A stretch of 56,107 nt of DNA, filler included, from Sphacelaria rigidula (GCA_964200075.2; 7 parts of 7 records of this genome joined end to end with filler, not necessarily neighbours in it); one strand, 5' to 3'. Counted from the first letter of the whole stretch, positions 1 through 12,590 are shown. Notes: generated by a model not told the origin, from the sequence alone. Numbers and translations: made by a program.

Positions 1-1062
1 GCTCCGGTCAAGGACGCCCGATTGGAATACAACACCAACATGCGAATGGAATAAGACCTACTGCACTTGCCACGCGTACTGCAAAACGCCTACTACACAT
101 ACAGTCGATATCCGCCGTAACACATGTGCTGCATCACGTTCAAAACGCCCATCATGCAACTGGCAGCTGGCAATTGGGGTTTGGCGTTCGGCAGTCTCGC
201 ATCAAGCGTCCCACCTAGCCGTACTTAAGTCGGTCGCATTTCTGTTTTCTTCTCTCATTCTCTTCATTCGGCGGATCAGCCATCGGCCTACACGCTATAA
301 AACCCCCCCCAAAAATCTCCAGAACCACGAGGTACCAACGAAGCATGCGGAACGAAAACAAGTAGAAAACACGTGAGGTAGTCCAGGGGTACATCAGGGC
401 TGGAAATGACCAACCCCAACCCCCTACGAACCCCTTTTTTGGGCCCGAGTTTTTAAACAAAAACATGAAATAATTTTCTTTTCAACTCGTAAGTTGCCTT
501 TTTGTGCCGCGTTGGTTTCGAGGCGAGGTTTTGAGGTGCCAAATCATTCGTGGGCTGGAAGGCGACATGAATGGACAGGGTATGTGCGTAATGAAAAAAC
601 GTGTGGGGGGACGAGGGAGATGGGTGGGTGGGCGGAGAATATCCCGCCGACCTAGGTCACTTTCGACGGATGAATTCCATTTCTTTCTGCTGGGAATTTG
701 TGCCGCCTAGTCGCAACCCATCTTGCACTCTTATTCATATTATAAGGCGCAAGCAGCAAGCATGTTTCACGACATTTGCGTGTGACTCTTCTTACGCTGA
801 CCGCCGGGAAGGGTTGCGGTTTCTGCAACCAGGACGAAACTTGTCTGACCCGCGGTCACTTTCGAATATAGCAATCGCAGTCGACAATGGCATGGAGCTT
901 GTGAGCCCTGGTGTAGACTGCTGCATAATCGGAGACACTCATTCGCAGACAGAAAACTACTCCAAGCAGTATCCATCCGTAAACACGCTAAGCTGGAGGC
1001 CCTGCAGGTCCCTGTATGGAATACGCCATCCGTATCACTACCTACTTGGACCACAGCGGCCT

Positions 1063-4000
1063 TCAAGAATCACAAGGGAACCGCCTTTTCGCAAGCCTCA
1101 AACGTCCACGCTGGTTCCTAGGTTGCAGGACCGATTTATCCGCCTGCCCTGCTGTGCTTTCGACCGAACTGGACCTGACACGCTTTTTACGCCCCTCATG
1201 TACCCGTCTACTCCTTCCCGTGCTAATATTTTGCTGACTCTGCGCAAGATGATCGCCTTCTTCTTCTTCTTCTTCTTCTTCTTCTTCTTCTTCTTCTTCT
1301 TCTTCTTCTTCGTCTTCTCCTCCTTCTTCTTCTCCTTCTTCTTGTTCTTGCTCCTCTTGTTCTTGTTCGTCTTCGTCTTCTTCTCCTTCTTCGTCTTCCT
1401 CTTCCTCTTCGTCTTCGTCTTCTTTTTCTGCTTCTTCCTCCTCGTCCTCCTCGTCCTCCTCGTCCTCCTCCCCATCCTCGTCTTCATCCCTGCTGTCATT
1501 CACACTGGCATCTGTGGAACTCGCCTGAATTGCAGCTCCCGTCTCGGGTTGCCGTCACCCGTTCTGTTGTGTTCCAATCAACCTCCTCGCCGTCTTGTGT
1601 GCCGTTTTGCGCGGTCTACCCCTTCCCGCCCCAGACTTCGGCTTCGAAGATTCCTTGAACGCGGCTAGTACAAGCTGTTTTTCCTCTTCGGATACAGTGT
1701 ATTCCTGGATGAAAGCCTTGGCCTCGTCATCGTTCTGGAGCAGGGCGGACTTGTCAGCGTGTTCCGCAGCGACATGATCGCCCATCCCGTACTTCCAGAC
1801 GTATTGAGGTTGCTCGCAAAATTTGCACAACATGGGTAAGTTGGTACAGGGAGTCGACTTGGTCGACACTTTCGCTGAAGACAGACGCAGGTGTACTATC
1901 ACACCCCGCATGTCCGCCCTGGGAGCGTAGCGACAATGAGAGAAGACGGTGCCGACCCCGTTTTGCTTGGCGGGAGGCTTGATCGAGGACCGGCACTGCC
2001 CTGACCGGCCACAAAACCCGCAAAAACTCCTTTTCCGAACTCCTCGCGCTGAAGCATGTGGCCGCCGACATGGTGGCGCATCTTTGTTCTCTTCACCTCA
2101 ACGTTACAGGTAGAGCATGCAAGGTAATCGTTTGTGCTCCCCCCCCCTGCACATGATGCAGAGTCGTCCAACGGACGGGAGTGCGTGAATTCCTCGTGAA
2201 TAGGCAGTAGGTTCACGTCGCTGACCTGGTGCCGCCACTGCGTTGGAAGGAAGCCCCAACCCTCCAGCCCATCAACGGCGCAAACAAGAGCGTCCGTCAG
2301 TCCCCGGAGCTCATCGCGGGTGAACACGAACGTTTCGAAGTTGATGCTCATGCGGGGATCGAGGGGTATGGCAAGATTTGAGAATACCGTGTGACTCTCT
2401 CACAGTGCAGACCTTCGTGTTGGGTCCGATCCCACTCCCACGTTTTCTCTGCGTCCGCCGATGACCGTCCCCTTATCTCAGTAATCCGTAACAGGCTGCC
2501 ACGCACTTTCCCTCCGAAATTCACAACCCCTTGACTGGCCTTCTTCACAACAGCAGTTGTCTGAAAGAGAGCCAACGAATACGATCCTATGTTGTCGGGA
2601 GATACCAGAAATGTAGCAACTTGATCTGCAACTTGAAGAGGCACTTCTTCACGTGAGGAACCATCAGCGGACGGCGCCCGTGTAAAGGTCCCGACCCTAG
2701 AGAGACGATCCCGAGAAGCTGACTTGGCCTCAGCGCCGAGGTAGAGGGAAACGGCACTTTGCTTGTACACCTGCGGCGAATACATTTTCGGCACGTCCAG
2801 AAGTGATTATCTGCGAAATGTGCGAATTCAGCGTCCCAACCTTGTGTCAGCAGTGTTGTAAGCTCTGCTTGACGCTGCGGTAAAACGCGAAACGAAGTAG
2901 TGAACCCACCGCAACGTGTAGAGGCCAACACCAGAGACATGATTACAGACCCCAAATGTACACCGTGCTTACCCGGTAAAACGGTTCGAGAAATAGCCGG
3001 TGATCACGCGCAAACACGACCCGCTCCCCACCCATCCACGCGATCACCTGCTTACTGTTGACTTCAACAAACGGAGAAATCTCCGTGTCCCCAGCTTGCT
3101 GTGCAGCTAATATAGTGTCCAGATCGTGCGCCTCTTCCGGCTCGCCTGCCTCCTCCTCTTCCTCCTCCAATAATTCCTCAGTAATCTCGGCTGGTGTGAG
3201 TTTCAACCTAGGCACCGGTTTGTCAGGTCTATAACGTGTCACATCAGAAGTAATAGAGGAATGCAACGACGCGTGAACATGAGCATACAACGCTGATTCA
3301 GGTGTGCCTGCTTTTGAGCGGAAAATACAACTACACTTTTCAAGCACGCACATCGCTACCCGCTTATTTTCAAATACGGAGACGGTGACCACGCCAGCAA
3401 CCGCCTTGCCGAAGACTTCACCTAAGTTGACATGAAGATTGTACCGAGGGTGGTCACTTGTGAGATACAGGAGTAGAGTCGACGTGGGAAAGCTGATAGG
3501 TGGCCCCAAGTAACCGACCTACGCTCAGCTCCCGACGTGTCGGATCCAAACTACAGCTGTGATACCTCACCCAGTATCTTCGGTAGAAAACTCACAACTA
3601 TTTACGCGTTCCTGCCAACGCATACATGCCAACTCACCCGTACGGCCAAAGCATCATAACCCCCTCTCTCTCCAACTGCCGAAGTGATTCCCTGCTGATG
3701 TCGAAGCCGTCGGGGCCGTAGACAGGGTGGACCTGAAGAACAGACATAGCGTCCACACACCCGCTCTCCCAAACCGATGCGAGATCCACACCACGCACAT
3801 CGGTGTTGCCCGCCTCGCCCTTGTCCCACGTAGTCGTGTTCATGTGGTCAAGAGTGCCATTAAGGCGTCTAGACACTCGCTTCCAACTATCGTGGTCGCT
3901 GTACACCCTTCTCATCGCCACAGCCGCTCCAAGCCGCTCCCCCAACTCCTTCAGGTCGACATTGCGGGAGTGGGTTAGGGTCCTCACAACGGCAAACGGG

Positions 4001-4726
4001 TTTTCCAAACTATCCGAACCCACCTGCCAAAGGTACATCTTTTCGCCCGGCCATATTTGCTTCGCTTGCTGCACGACGAAGATCATTCCTTGCACGATGG
4101 CCTGGATGTCGTGGTATGACTGTGATGTCTTGAAAGCTGTCCCATTGACACGGAGCAAAATCAGCAACAAATGGGCAACGCACGACAGCCCCTGTAGAAG
4201 CTCGCCGTCTGAGGTCCGCTCGAGGCATCTGGGGACTTCGAAAAAACGTCCAACTTCGTTATTTTGGAGCTAGCCGATTTCTTCACCACCATTCGCTTCC
4301 TTGCCATGTGACACAGCAACAAAAAGCGGCCATCGATTCTTCAACGTTTGAACAACTTTTGTGAGCTTGATCAGGTGGTTAGCGAGATTCGCAAAAACGA
4401 TAGCATTCTCAGACTCTGTGATGACAAAAGGGACTATTTTTCTCGCGCGCGCATCCAAAATTTTAAGGTTTCGATAACACCGCCCGCACGCGCTGACGGG
4501 AACCTTACTTGTGGTTCTCCGAATTCTTATGTCGTCGGACCACGGCTTCGGTCAGCTTTTTCACGTCTTTGCCGAAGACGTGATCGCACGAGCAGATCCA
4601 CTCGCCGGCAGCGATTTTTGTTGCTATGGTAGCAATCGGAAGCTCGGCTTCCTCATCCTGCGACTTTGTTGCGTTCCTATCGCACAAGTTCGAAACAACA
4701 CGCAGGTCACACCGTCGAAGACACAA
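1063..4726 (-). pseudogene. Degenerate, intron-containing, internally deleted DNA-transposase gene (P/THAP9-like C-terminal half) with an N-terminal Zn finger, a C-terminal Cys/His cluster and an acidic tail
   Basis: GSDSLENPFAVVR at 3982-4020 resembles the P/THAP9 'QDxLENxFxxxR' catalytic-Glu helix. Three phase-compatible GT-AG introns (4229-4508, 3229-3637, 2771-3047) join the ORF-track pieces in frame. C-terminal motif CSTC..HHVGGH..CGFCG..PCTN..CKFC..HVAAEH. Frameshifts near 2370-2400 and ~2024. Family assignment is motif-based inference. Confidence 0.65.
1256..1490 (-). repeat. (TTC/GTC/CTC)n trinucleotide tract encoding poly-Glu/Asp on the minus strand
   Basis: Visible directly; ORF 1063..1503 reads EDEEEEE... 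Confidence 0.9.
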
Positions 4727-5110
4727 TGTTACAGGTTTAGGTAAAGGTGCATATGCATAGGTTGGGCACAGAGTTCATCAGCGTACTTTTCCTTGCGCGG
4801 CCTTAGCCGGACGATATGAACGGTTGGCTGTTTCGCGGAGAGAGTGGAGGAACGATATCGCGAGAAATTCAAACCCTGACAAACAGAACGCACGTTTGCC
4901 TCGCAGACGCCTCGTGCTATTTCAGCTGAGCCTCTCCCATTACTCTCCCCGTACTGTCGAAAGGCTGCTTACAAATCTTGCACTCCATCTCCCCTGGTCC
5001 AGTCTCCCGCAGAAGCCTCGACACGACAGCCGCAACCGTTTCCTTTGCAGCAGATCTCGATTGTCTGCTGGTGATAGCGCTGGTCGAGTTGGCAAATCCG
5101 AAGGATAATG

Positions 5111-5360
5111 ATTGATTGATTTGATTGATTGATTATCGCACTTTAACTGACCCCCCAGGGATGCAGCCGTGGTCACATGATAGACGTACCCAGTAAAAAC
5201 GAGACTGGGAAAAATACTCGCTGTGGAAAAAGAAAAAGAAAGAAAAGTTATACCAAAAAGCCGAGCAAAAAGACACAGTAGGCTACGACGTCAAAAACAA
5301 AAACAGAAGGAGAAGGAGAAGTAGAAATAAGATGAAAGACAAAATATAAAAAGGAGACGA
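5111..5360 (-). mobile_element. 3' end of non-LTR retroposon (family C) with (AATC)n tail
   Basis: Minus strand ends GGGGGGTCAGTTAAAGTGCGATA-(ATCA)n, preceded by a pyrimidine-rich UTR-like stretch; same end at 15421-15490 and 12352-12430. Confidence 0.6.
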
Positions 5361-7688
5361 AATGATGCGGGAGGCTAAAGGGTTTTCGTGTCAACATTTT
5401 CTGCGCCTCGACGGCACGTCAACTAAGCGACCCCGCTTCTCTCGTGTGGCGGGTGACAAAGCCGATCCATTACCCGATCCAAATGAATTGAGAAGTTGAA
5501 TTGCAATGAAGGTAGGTCGCAGTGAAGCGCGCGTATGACGTTGACTTGTTACGGTATGGTTCGAAAAATAAACCGGGTTCAAAGCCAACCGAACTTCTGC
5601 AAAGTTAGAAACTGCACTACAGTATACCTTGCCACAAACGGGTACTGGCAGTTTGTCGTGGACGAAAATGTCTCGGCCGCAGGGTGATGTGCAGACGCCA
5701 AAACCGCTGCGCTTCGCACACGTTGATGTCGCATTGCTATTGATGTCCCCGCATCGCCTGTAATCTCACCTTCACGGACATCCAAATAAGCTCACCTTGC
5801 TTCAGACGTGTTGATGTTCTCGGTTTTGCATTCCTCCACTTTCCATGAAGTGCCTGCATCAGCCGAAGTATCAGCCTCTGCTGCGGCGCTGGTGTCGGCC
5901 ATCCTTTCAGCTGATGCACGTTGATTGCGGTCCGCTGCACTACCAACTGTAACTCTGCAGACCTGGTGCTTGGCAGATCCAGAATGCCCCTCTTCTTTAC
6001 TTTTCCCCCTTCACACTTGATTGCAAAATCAGCTGAGCCCGTTGGTCAGGGAGAACATATACGACCGTACACTGTGCGGATCTATGTATGCTTCTGTCAC
6101 GATGAAAACACACTGCGTCTCACCACCCAAGCTCTACCCAGTATCTCAAGCAACAGTGAAGAGGACCACACTCGCTGAAATGAGTAAAATCTGTACAGGT
6201 CGACGTCCAGATTCGGCACGTGTTGATGTTTGACCTTGCTTAAATGTTTATACAGTCATCCAATGATGATCAAACCGTACACTTAACATCAAGTATTCTA
6301 CTTACACACTAAATTCAAGTAATTGTTGACTACACTAAGATCAAGTAGTTTACAACTACACTAAAGTAAAGTAATTAGCGCGGGCTTGCCGCCCGGCGCC
6401 CAACCCTCCCCGCCAAACCCCCTTGTTCCTTTTTTTTCTCAATTTTTGAAGATTTGGGGGGTTCTGTTCCATGAAAAATGATATTGACGTACCCTTGCCG
6501 CAGCCGCCGATTTCGACAAAAACACGTTCTGGACGAGCAACTAACCCTGACCCAAGCGTACTAGACGCTCAGACAAGAGGGGTACATGCGTTCTCCTATC
6601 GTAGGCATAGTGTGCGTTGGTAGACCTGAAATCGATGCCGCAGCCGCCGATTTCGACGAAACACGTTCTGACCAAATTGAAACGGTTCTGAAAACCTGAG
6701 GGAGGACGTCTTCCTTGTCCCCCAGACAGGCATCGATGAACGGGGGAAGACTTTTGCACCTCGGATACAACACACGGGGGCCCGGAGAAGTTTATTCTCA
6801 TCAAAATCTGTGCTTTCCAAGCTGCAAAGTGTTCCACGCGCATTGTTTTCTAGTACGAACGGTAACTTGTCGAATTCTGTTCCGTTGTTCGAGCACTGTC
6901 CGATGAGGATTCTGGAAAAGTTTCGTACTGCTGTTCCATGGTTGCTTCGGATGTTTATGTGGACCCGAAGCGGCCACCTTCCCTCAGGATTTCAGAACCG
7001 TTTCAATTTTATGGATGAAGAAAAAATAAATCAAACTCTGTCGCTTTCACAGATGTTGCGACTTCGGTGTTGTTATCGTGACAACCTCTGAGCAGCCGGG
7101 AGGACGCGCGGTAGAGGAAGGAAATGTAGCAATGATCCGGTTTGCCTGCCGTACTGTCGACCGCGTCGCGTGAAAGCCACAAGACCCTAGCTGTCGGCGG
7201 TTGATGGCATGGGTCTCGAACGCAACGACAAGCGGTTGATCGTAGAGCACTCTCGTCTATCCTCCCAACTTGCGATAGCCCATGACCTCCTGACATCGGA
7301 ATAATTATTAGTTATGGGAACCTACTCGTACTACTGTACCGAGATGTTCAGCGTGTGCTGCAGGTTGCGGCATAGGCTGACGCCTATGAGCCACGCTAGC
7401 AGCAGTCAGGTCACCGCCATAGGTATCGTTTTTCACTCCGCATGTCAAATAGGTTTCTACGAGTATTTGATGTCTCATACACCCCCCTCAAGTGGCGTGA
7501 CATGCCCTTCTGCTTGGGCACCCCGTTGGGGGAGGTAGGGGAAACTCGACGATGGATAATGCCCCCTGAGTTCAAATTGGGTCTATCTGTTATTGCCGCA
7601 GCACCGTCCTTGCTGGTATGTGTGTGACAGAGAGCAGTAGTAGCGGTGACAGGAAGATTGCCCTATTTTTTCAACATGTTTTTCAGCG

Positions 7689-7930
7689 CACAGAGGCACG
7701 TCCCGTCCAAAAGGAGAGGCAGAGAGAAAACGATATTCGCGTTGGCGACAGGCAAGAAGAGACGATGGAATCTCTCCGCACGTCGATGCTCTGGCACATG
7801 AAAAATTCGGCGCATGCTGGTAAGATAAATGATGCCAGTCTCTCGAGAGTTTGGGAATCGCCGAGCAGGGACACGCAAAGGGCATGGGCGAGGAGCTTCC
7901 TCTCTGTCGTTGCTTCTCTCTCTGGTGATA
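7689..7930 (+). CDS. Possible exon of unknown gene, truncated by contig end
   Basis: tttttcag acceptor followed by an open frame RTEARPVQ...VASLSGD running to the gap; no recognisable domain. Confidence 0.25.
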
Positions 7931-8030
7931 NNNNNNNNNNNNNNNNNNNNNNNNNNNNNNNNNNNNNNNNNNNNTTAATTAATTAANNNNNNNNNNNNNN
8001 NNNNNNNNNNNNNNNNNNNNNNNNNNNNNN
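7931..8030. other. Artificial contig spacer (N44-TTAATTAATTAA-N44)
   Basis: 100-nt N run with a six-frame stop linker. Confidence 0.98.
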
Positions 8031-8589
8031 CGGACTGTCAGCCTGTGAAAGTGTTGCGAGGCGACGCTCGATGTCTAAGGGTTGAATTCCGGGCGGGCTA
8101 CATTCTCGGGGGGGGCCAACCCCCACCATATATGACTCCCTTCGGGGCTCCGATTCAATTTTTTTAAATCACAAAATCAATGGCGTGCGCCAAAATATGT
8201 ACTCTACTGTACTGGGAAAAAATGTGACAAAATGTGACCTCTTTTCACCCCGTTGCGGACCGCTGCAACGCGCAACCCCAGATTTAGCGACATGGACGTG
8301 TTGACCGTGGTTCACATGACATGTGGCCGGGGTTTCAGCGCGTTGCAGCACCGACAACGCGTCTACGGCCGTGCCTCCTGAACTGAGCACCTCTTCCGGT
8401 GATATGTGAAAGAGTTTCGTGTAGATTTTCAACACCCAGAGGGTGTCCCAGTGCAGATCGATATTGCTTTTGCCAGCGCAGCAGCCGCCCAGCTGCTCAT
8501 GATGTGGAAGTTGGTGCGCCAGCGTGTCGAGACATGTATTACTGACGCTGCACGCAGTCTTGGCTGTGGGGAAGACGTTATGAGGGCGT

Positions 8590-8605
8590 TTATTATTATT
8601 ATTAC

Positions 8606-8649
<44 letters not shown>

Positions 8650-8658
8650 GTAGTAGTA

Positions 8659-8714
<56 letters not shown>

Positions 8715-8911
8715 TTATTTGTCGCACTTTGAACCCCGCCCCTTCCTCGAGATAAGTCCGTGACCTCAAGAGATCAACTCATCTCTTCCCCGGTATAAGC
8801 GTTGCATTTCGGTCTCGCGGATTGGGTCAGCACTCCCGCACCGCGTCAACTCACGTCAAACAAACTCACTCGACTACTTTGTTTACTCACGTCCTCACGC
8901 TTTCCACGGTG
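8590..8911 (-). mobile_element. tRNA-derived SINE family B, 5'-truncated, with long (AAT)n tail
   Basis: Body aligns with copies at 9642-9967, 24637-24922 and 41271-41561; (ATT)n at 8590-8716. Confidence 0.8.
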
Positions 8912-9641
8912 TGTACCGCTTATTTGGAGTGGTACAAGATACAGGTGGGGTGTATGGGATTCCACTGCGGGACAGGTGTACAGTATGCGGGCGTAGCGTT
9001 GTATGCATTGATGCACACGTGGGGGGTTCGATAAAGAGACGAACTCGAAAAACTCGAGAAACGATGCTGAAGTGATCTGTGTGTACTCGCTACCCCACCC
9101 GGCATATATGCAAAAGCGCGCAGTGACGAAGGGTACGAATTTCGAACCGACCCGCGAAAGTGTACTTATATGGGACTTCTGCAACATTTCCCTGTACGGT
9201 GCTGCATGAGTGTTTTGCATCGATTGCGTCTAGAATAGCCGCACACGCCAAGACACCGTCACTGGGAGCGGATGGGCCTTGCGGGACACCTTACATCCGG
9301 CACTTGACCATAGCTCGCCCATATAATCGGTGTATTTGTCACTCCGCACTCCGCCCACACAAAAGTGCGCGCCTTTTGTTAACATTTGATGAGGCCTGTT
9401 CTATGTTCGGGTCCGCTTCGTCCACCAGTAACACGTCCTCGGTGAGGTTCCCAATTAATCAATGTAGAGACATCGTCAGTTACAGTATCAAAGCCCCATG
9501 GTTCAAACAGCCAGTTCCAATGGCTTCGGGCCCTTCGTACTGTACGTCACGTTCGAGTTATGACCCTTGGCACGACCGCGTCATACACCGTGACATGCGA
9601 AATAAAAAATCCCCTTCGGTACTGTAACTTGCTGTGCTGCA

Positions 9642-9967
9642 TTGTTATTTTATTTTATTTATCATCGTTTATATTTGTCGCACTTTTAACCCCTCCCCTT
9701 CCTCGGGACGAGTCCATAGTCTCAAGGGATCAATACATCTCTCCTCGGTACACACCCTGCATTTTGGTCCCGCGGATTGGGTCAGCACTCCTGCACCGCG
9801 TCAACTTACGTCAAACAAACTCATTCAATTACTTCGTTTACTCACGTTCTCACGCTTTCCACGGTGGAAATCAGATACTACGAAGAAAAACCCCAATGCA
9901 TCGGGAATCGAACCCTCGTTCTCTCCACCCTAGTGGCGACAGTCGGACCATTACACCACCGGGGCGC
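9642..9967 (-). mobile_element. tRNA-derived SINE family B, full length
   Basis: Minus-strand head GCGCCCCGGTGGTGTAATGG (A box)...GGGTTCGATTCC (B box); ends AAAGTGCGACA followed by an A-rich tail. Confidence 0.85.
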
Positions 9968-11995
9968 GGCGGCCTGCGCACTATACAGAACGCATGACAG
10001 CAACGACCATGTACGCGTGGGCGCCACTCCCCAAACCCGCAACACATACTGTGGACGCTGCGGTAGCTTGACATATGTAACTGAGACCTGAAGAGCTCTG
10101 TACTGCTATCCACGCGCGCAGCATCGTAAGCTAGGCCCGCACACGGCCAATCTACGGATCAGAGCGGGCATGTGTTTTCTGTTCACCAAGTTAATGCTAC
10201 TCATGCTGCGAGTCATGTCGGCGTGTGCACACCAATCTCCGCTTTGTTTGACTGAGCAGGCTGTTCTCACTCACATCCACGGGTATTGACCGAATATGGA
10301 GAGCCATATGGTGGGTGATCGATTCCTGAGGAGCTCCCTTTCAGCGTACAGGTGTCGGTACGTGTTTACAGCTTGAAGGGTGATATCGTAGATTCTGTAG
10401 CCTAACATCATGCAGGTACGCACGCCCACGCGATCACTCTCGGTCGCCTCCTGATCGACCCTCCCTTTCGGCTACCCTGTATTTCCCATCTGGTGAGACG
10501 ACCTCCAAGCATTGTGGGTGCGTTCAATAATGTACGACGGAACACTCGGGTTATCTTGTATCAAGCCGTGCGACGACTCTGCAAAATATTCGCCGGGCGT
10601 GTACTAAGCTGTGGGATAGCCATACTTCACCGGCCGATTATAACACGCTCACCAAAAGCGATTTCGAATGTTGACGGCGAGTAAAGTACTGTTTCGAGGT
10701 CGCAGGCCACATATATCTCATAGTGCACGCACATGCTGTTGGTTGCCTGGCCTTTCGCATCATACGCGCCGAGATGGAGGAGCCGTCGGCTGCACACCCA
10801 GAACAAAAAAGACATCTGGAAAGTAGGATTTGTTTTTTTTGTCAAAGTGAAAGTTGATATGGCCTAGCTGTCGGCTGCGGCATATATAAGCGCAACACAA
10901 GGCACCGGAGTACTGTACCGCCACTGGAATTGTACGGGGTCACTTGCAAGTTGTGGCGTTGTACCGTGTGTGCAGCGCGCTTTGAAGGATGCTTATGATG
11001 GCTGCGTGCTTGAAGGAGACTCCTAAGCAAGGGTGTACGGTACTACTGTACTGGCTGTTTTGTGCTTGAGCTTGATTGTACTCACGTAGGTTGCACTGGT
11101 GAGCATGGCAAGGAAGCGATCAACCATGCATGACCTCCCCCAACCGTTGTCGCGTGCGACAAAAAATCGAAAAATATTACGCCTGCCTGCTGAAAAAAAG
11201 TCAGTTCAAATCCGTCAGACTAGGGATACTTGATATCAAAAGGGGTACCCGTGGGTTGAGGACGAGCAACATACAGTTGAATGATCTCGGTGGCACGCTT
11301 TCCCTCGCATATTTTCTTACCCACCGGCGATTTGTTTTGGTCGCTCCAGCTTGCTGTCGGCGTTCCATCCGTTCATATGATTGGCTTAGCCCCTGAAAAA
11401 TAGTAAACGAATGATCTACTGTACTATTCTCACAGTTGTTTGTGCATCAGTTGCTGCAGGATTGCCCCTTATGGGGCTCACATGTGACCGAAAGCTAGTT
11501 TTGCTACCTGGTTGTCAACGGGGGGAATGGCGCATACCACCAGAATCAACCACGCACCAAACCCATCCACTGACGCCGTATCGTATTCAATCGAAAATAT
11601 ATATATTCACATCACCCACCCTGGCGATCAAATGGTCAAAGAGTAGCGTGCAGTCAGTGCAGCTCACGTCCAATATCGGCCACGGTACAGCAGCACGAGA
11701 ACAGTACACAGCGCTATGACAATCCTAAGTTCACAACGGCAAGCAAACCATAACGTGTCCTACTATATGCGTAACGGGAAATTGGCGCAGTACTGAACGA
11801 TCGACCCGGCACGATACAGCAAACTCATGATACAGGTGATGAATAGCATACACCAGGTGAGCCCAAATCCTGTGTAAGGTCGATCACACGAGACTCACGC
11901 GTACCCTCGTAGTGCTGTCAAAAAAACTTTAAACCGAGATTCAGAATTAGACTTTTGAGAATCACAATGACCTGAGGTTCTATGAATAATCATTT

Positions 11996-12165
11996 TGAAT
12001 AGAATACTAGAAACTATGTAGGTGTACGTAAATACTATTAGACCGAGTCGAGAAATATTTGGGGACAAACAGTCATTGCCTTCACGCACCATTTCGAATA
12101 AAATACTAGAAACTATGTCGGTGTGAATACTAGACCAACTTCAAAATATCGTGGGGACGAAAATC
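11996..12165. repeat. ~100-bp period direct repeat (two copies)
   Basis: gaata(g/a)aatactagaaactatgt(a/c)ggtgt...tagacc...aaatat...ggggac at ~11996 and ~12096. Confidence 0.7.
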
Positions 12166-12351
12166 CATTGTCCCCACGAGTAACTCGCAAAAAAATTGGG
12201 CCGGCCAAGAGTCGGAGGATTCGCCAATGTTACCACGTGCCACTCAAGTTTTACGAGTTGAGACCCGAGTTTTTGACTCGTGATTGTCAAGGTGCTCAAC
12301 GACACACTCCAACCGACCCCCTAACACCTTTATTGGTGTTCATCGAATTAT

Positions 12352-12590
12352 TCGATTGATCGATTTAATCGTCGCACATTGACTGATCCCCGATGTATCG
12401 AGCCATGGCTATTAGGTAGGTGTACCCAAGGTGGACAAAACGGAATCATTCGCTGAGGAAACTCGAGAAGGTACAAGACGGAGAAAGAACAAAGAAGTAA
12501 GTCCAACAAAATAGAGAAATAATACACGATCAACCTGATTGGCTTGGCATCTCGGCCCGCTTGATTTGGTCGTACCTCAGCGATAATACA
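12352..12590 (-). mobile_element. 3' end of non-LTR retroposon (family C-related)
   Basis: GGGGATCAGTCAATGTGCGACG followed by a degenerate (AATC) tail; similar to the 5111 and 15421 copies. Confidence 0.45.

Noticed and set aside
601-1668. 355-aa plus-strand ORF with poly-Phe 'membrane' segment, and poly-Lys ORF 1098..1499
   Set aside because: Alternative-frame shadows of the (GAA)n poly-Glu tract.
7975-7986. Periodic TTAATTAATTAA motif every ~8 kb
   Set aside because: Synthetic six-frame stop linker inside the N spacers.
8406-8732. ORFs with poly-Ile tracts (also 19849..20151 and 19896..20093)
   Set aside because: Produced by (ATT)n microsatellite tails.
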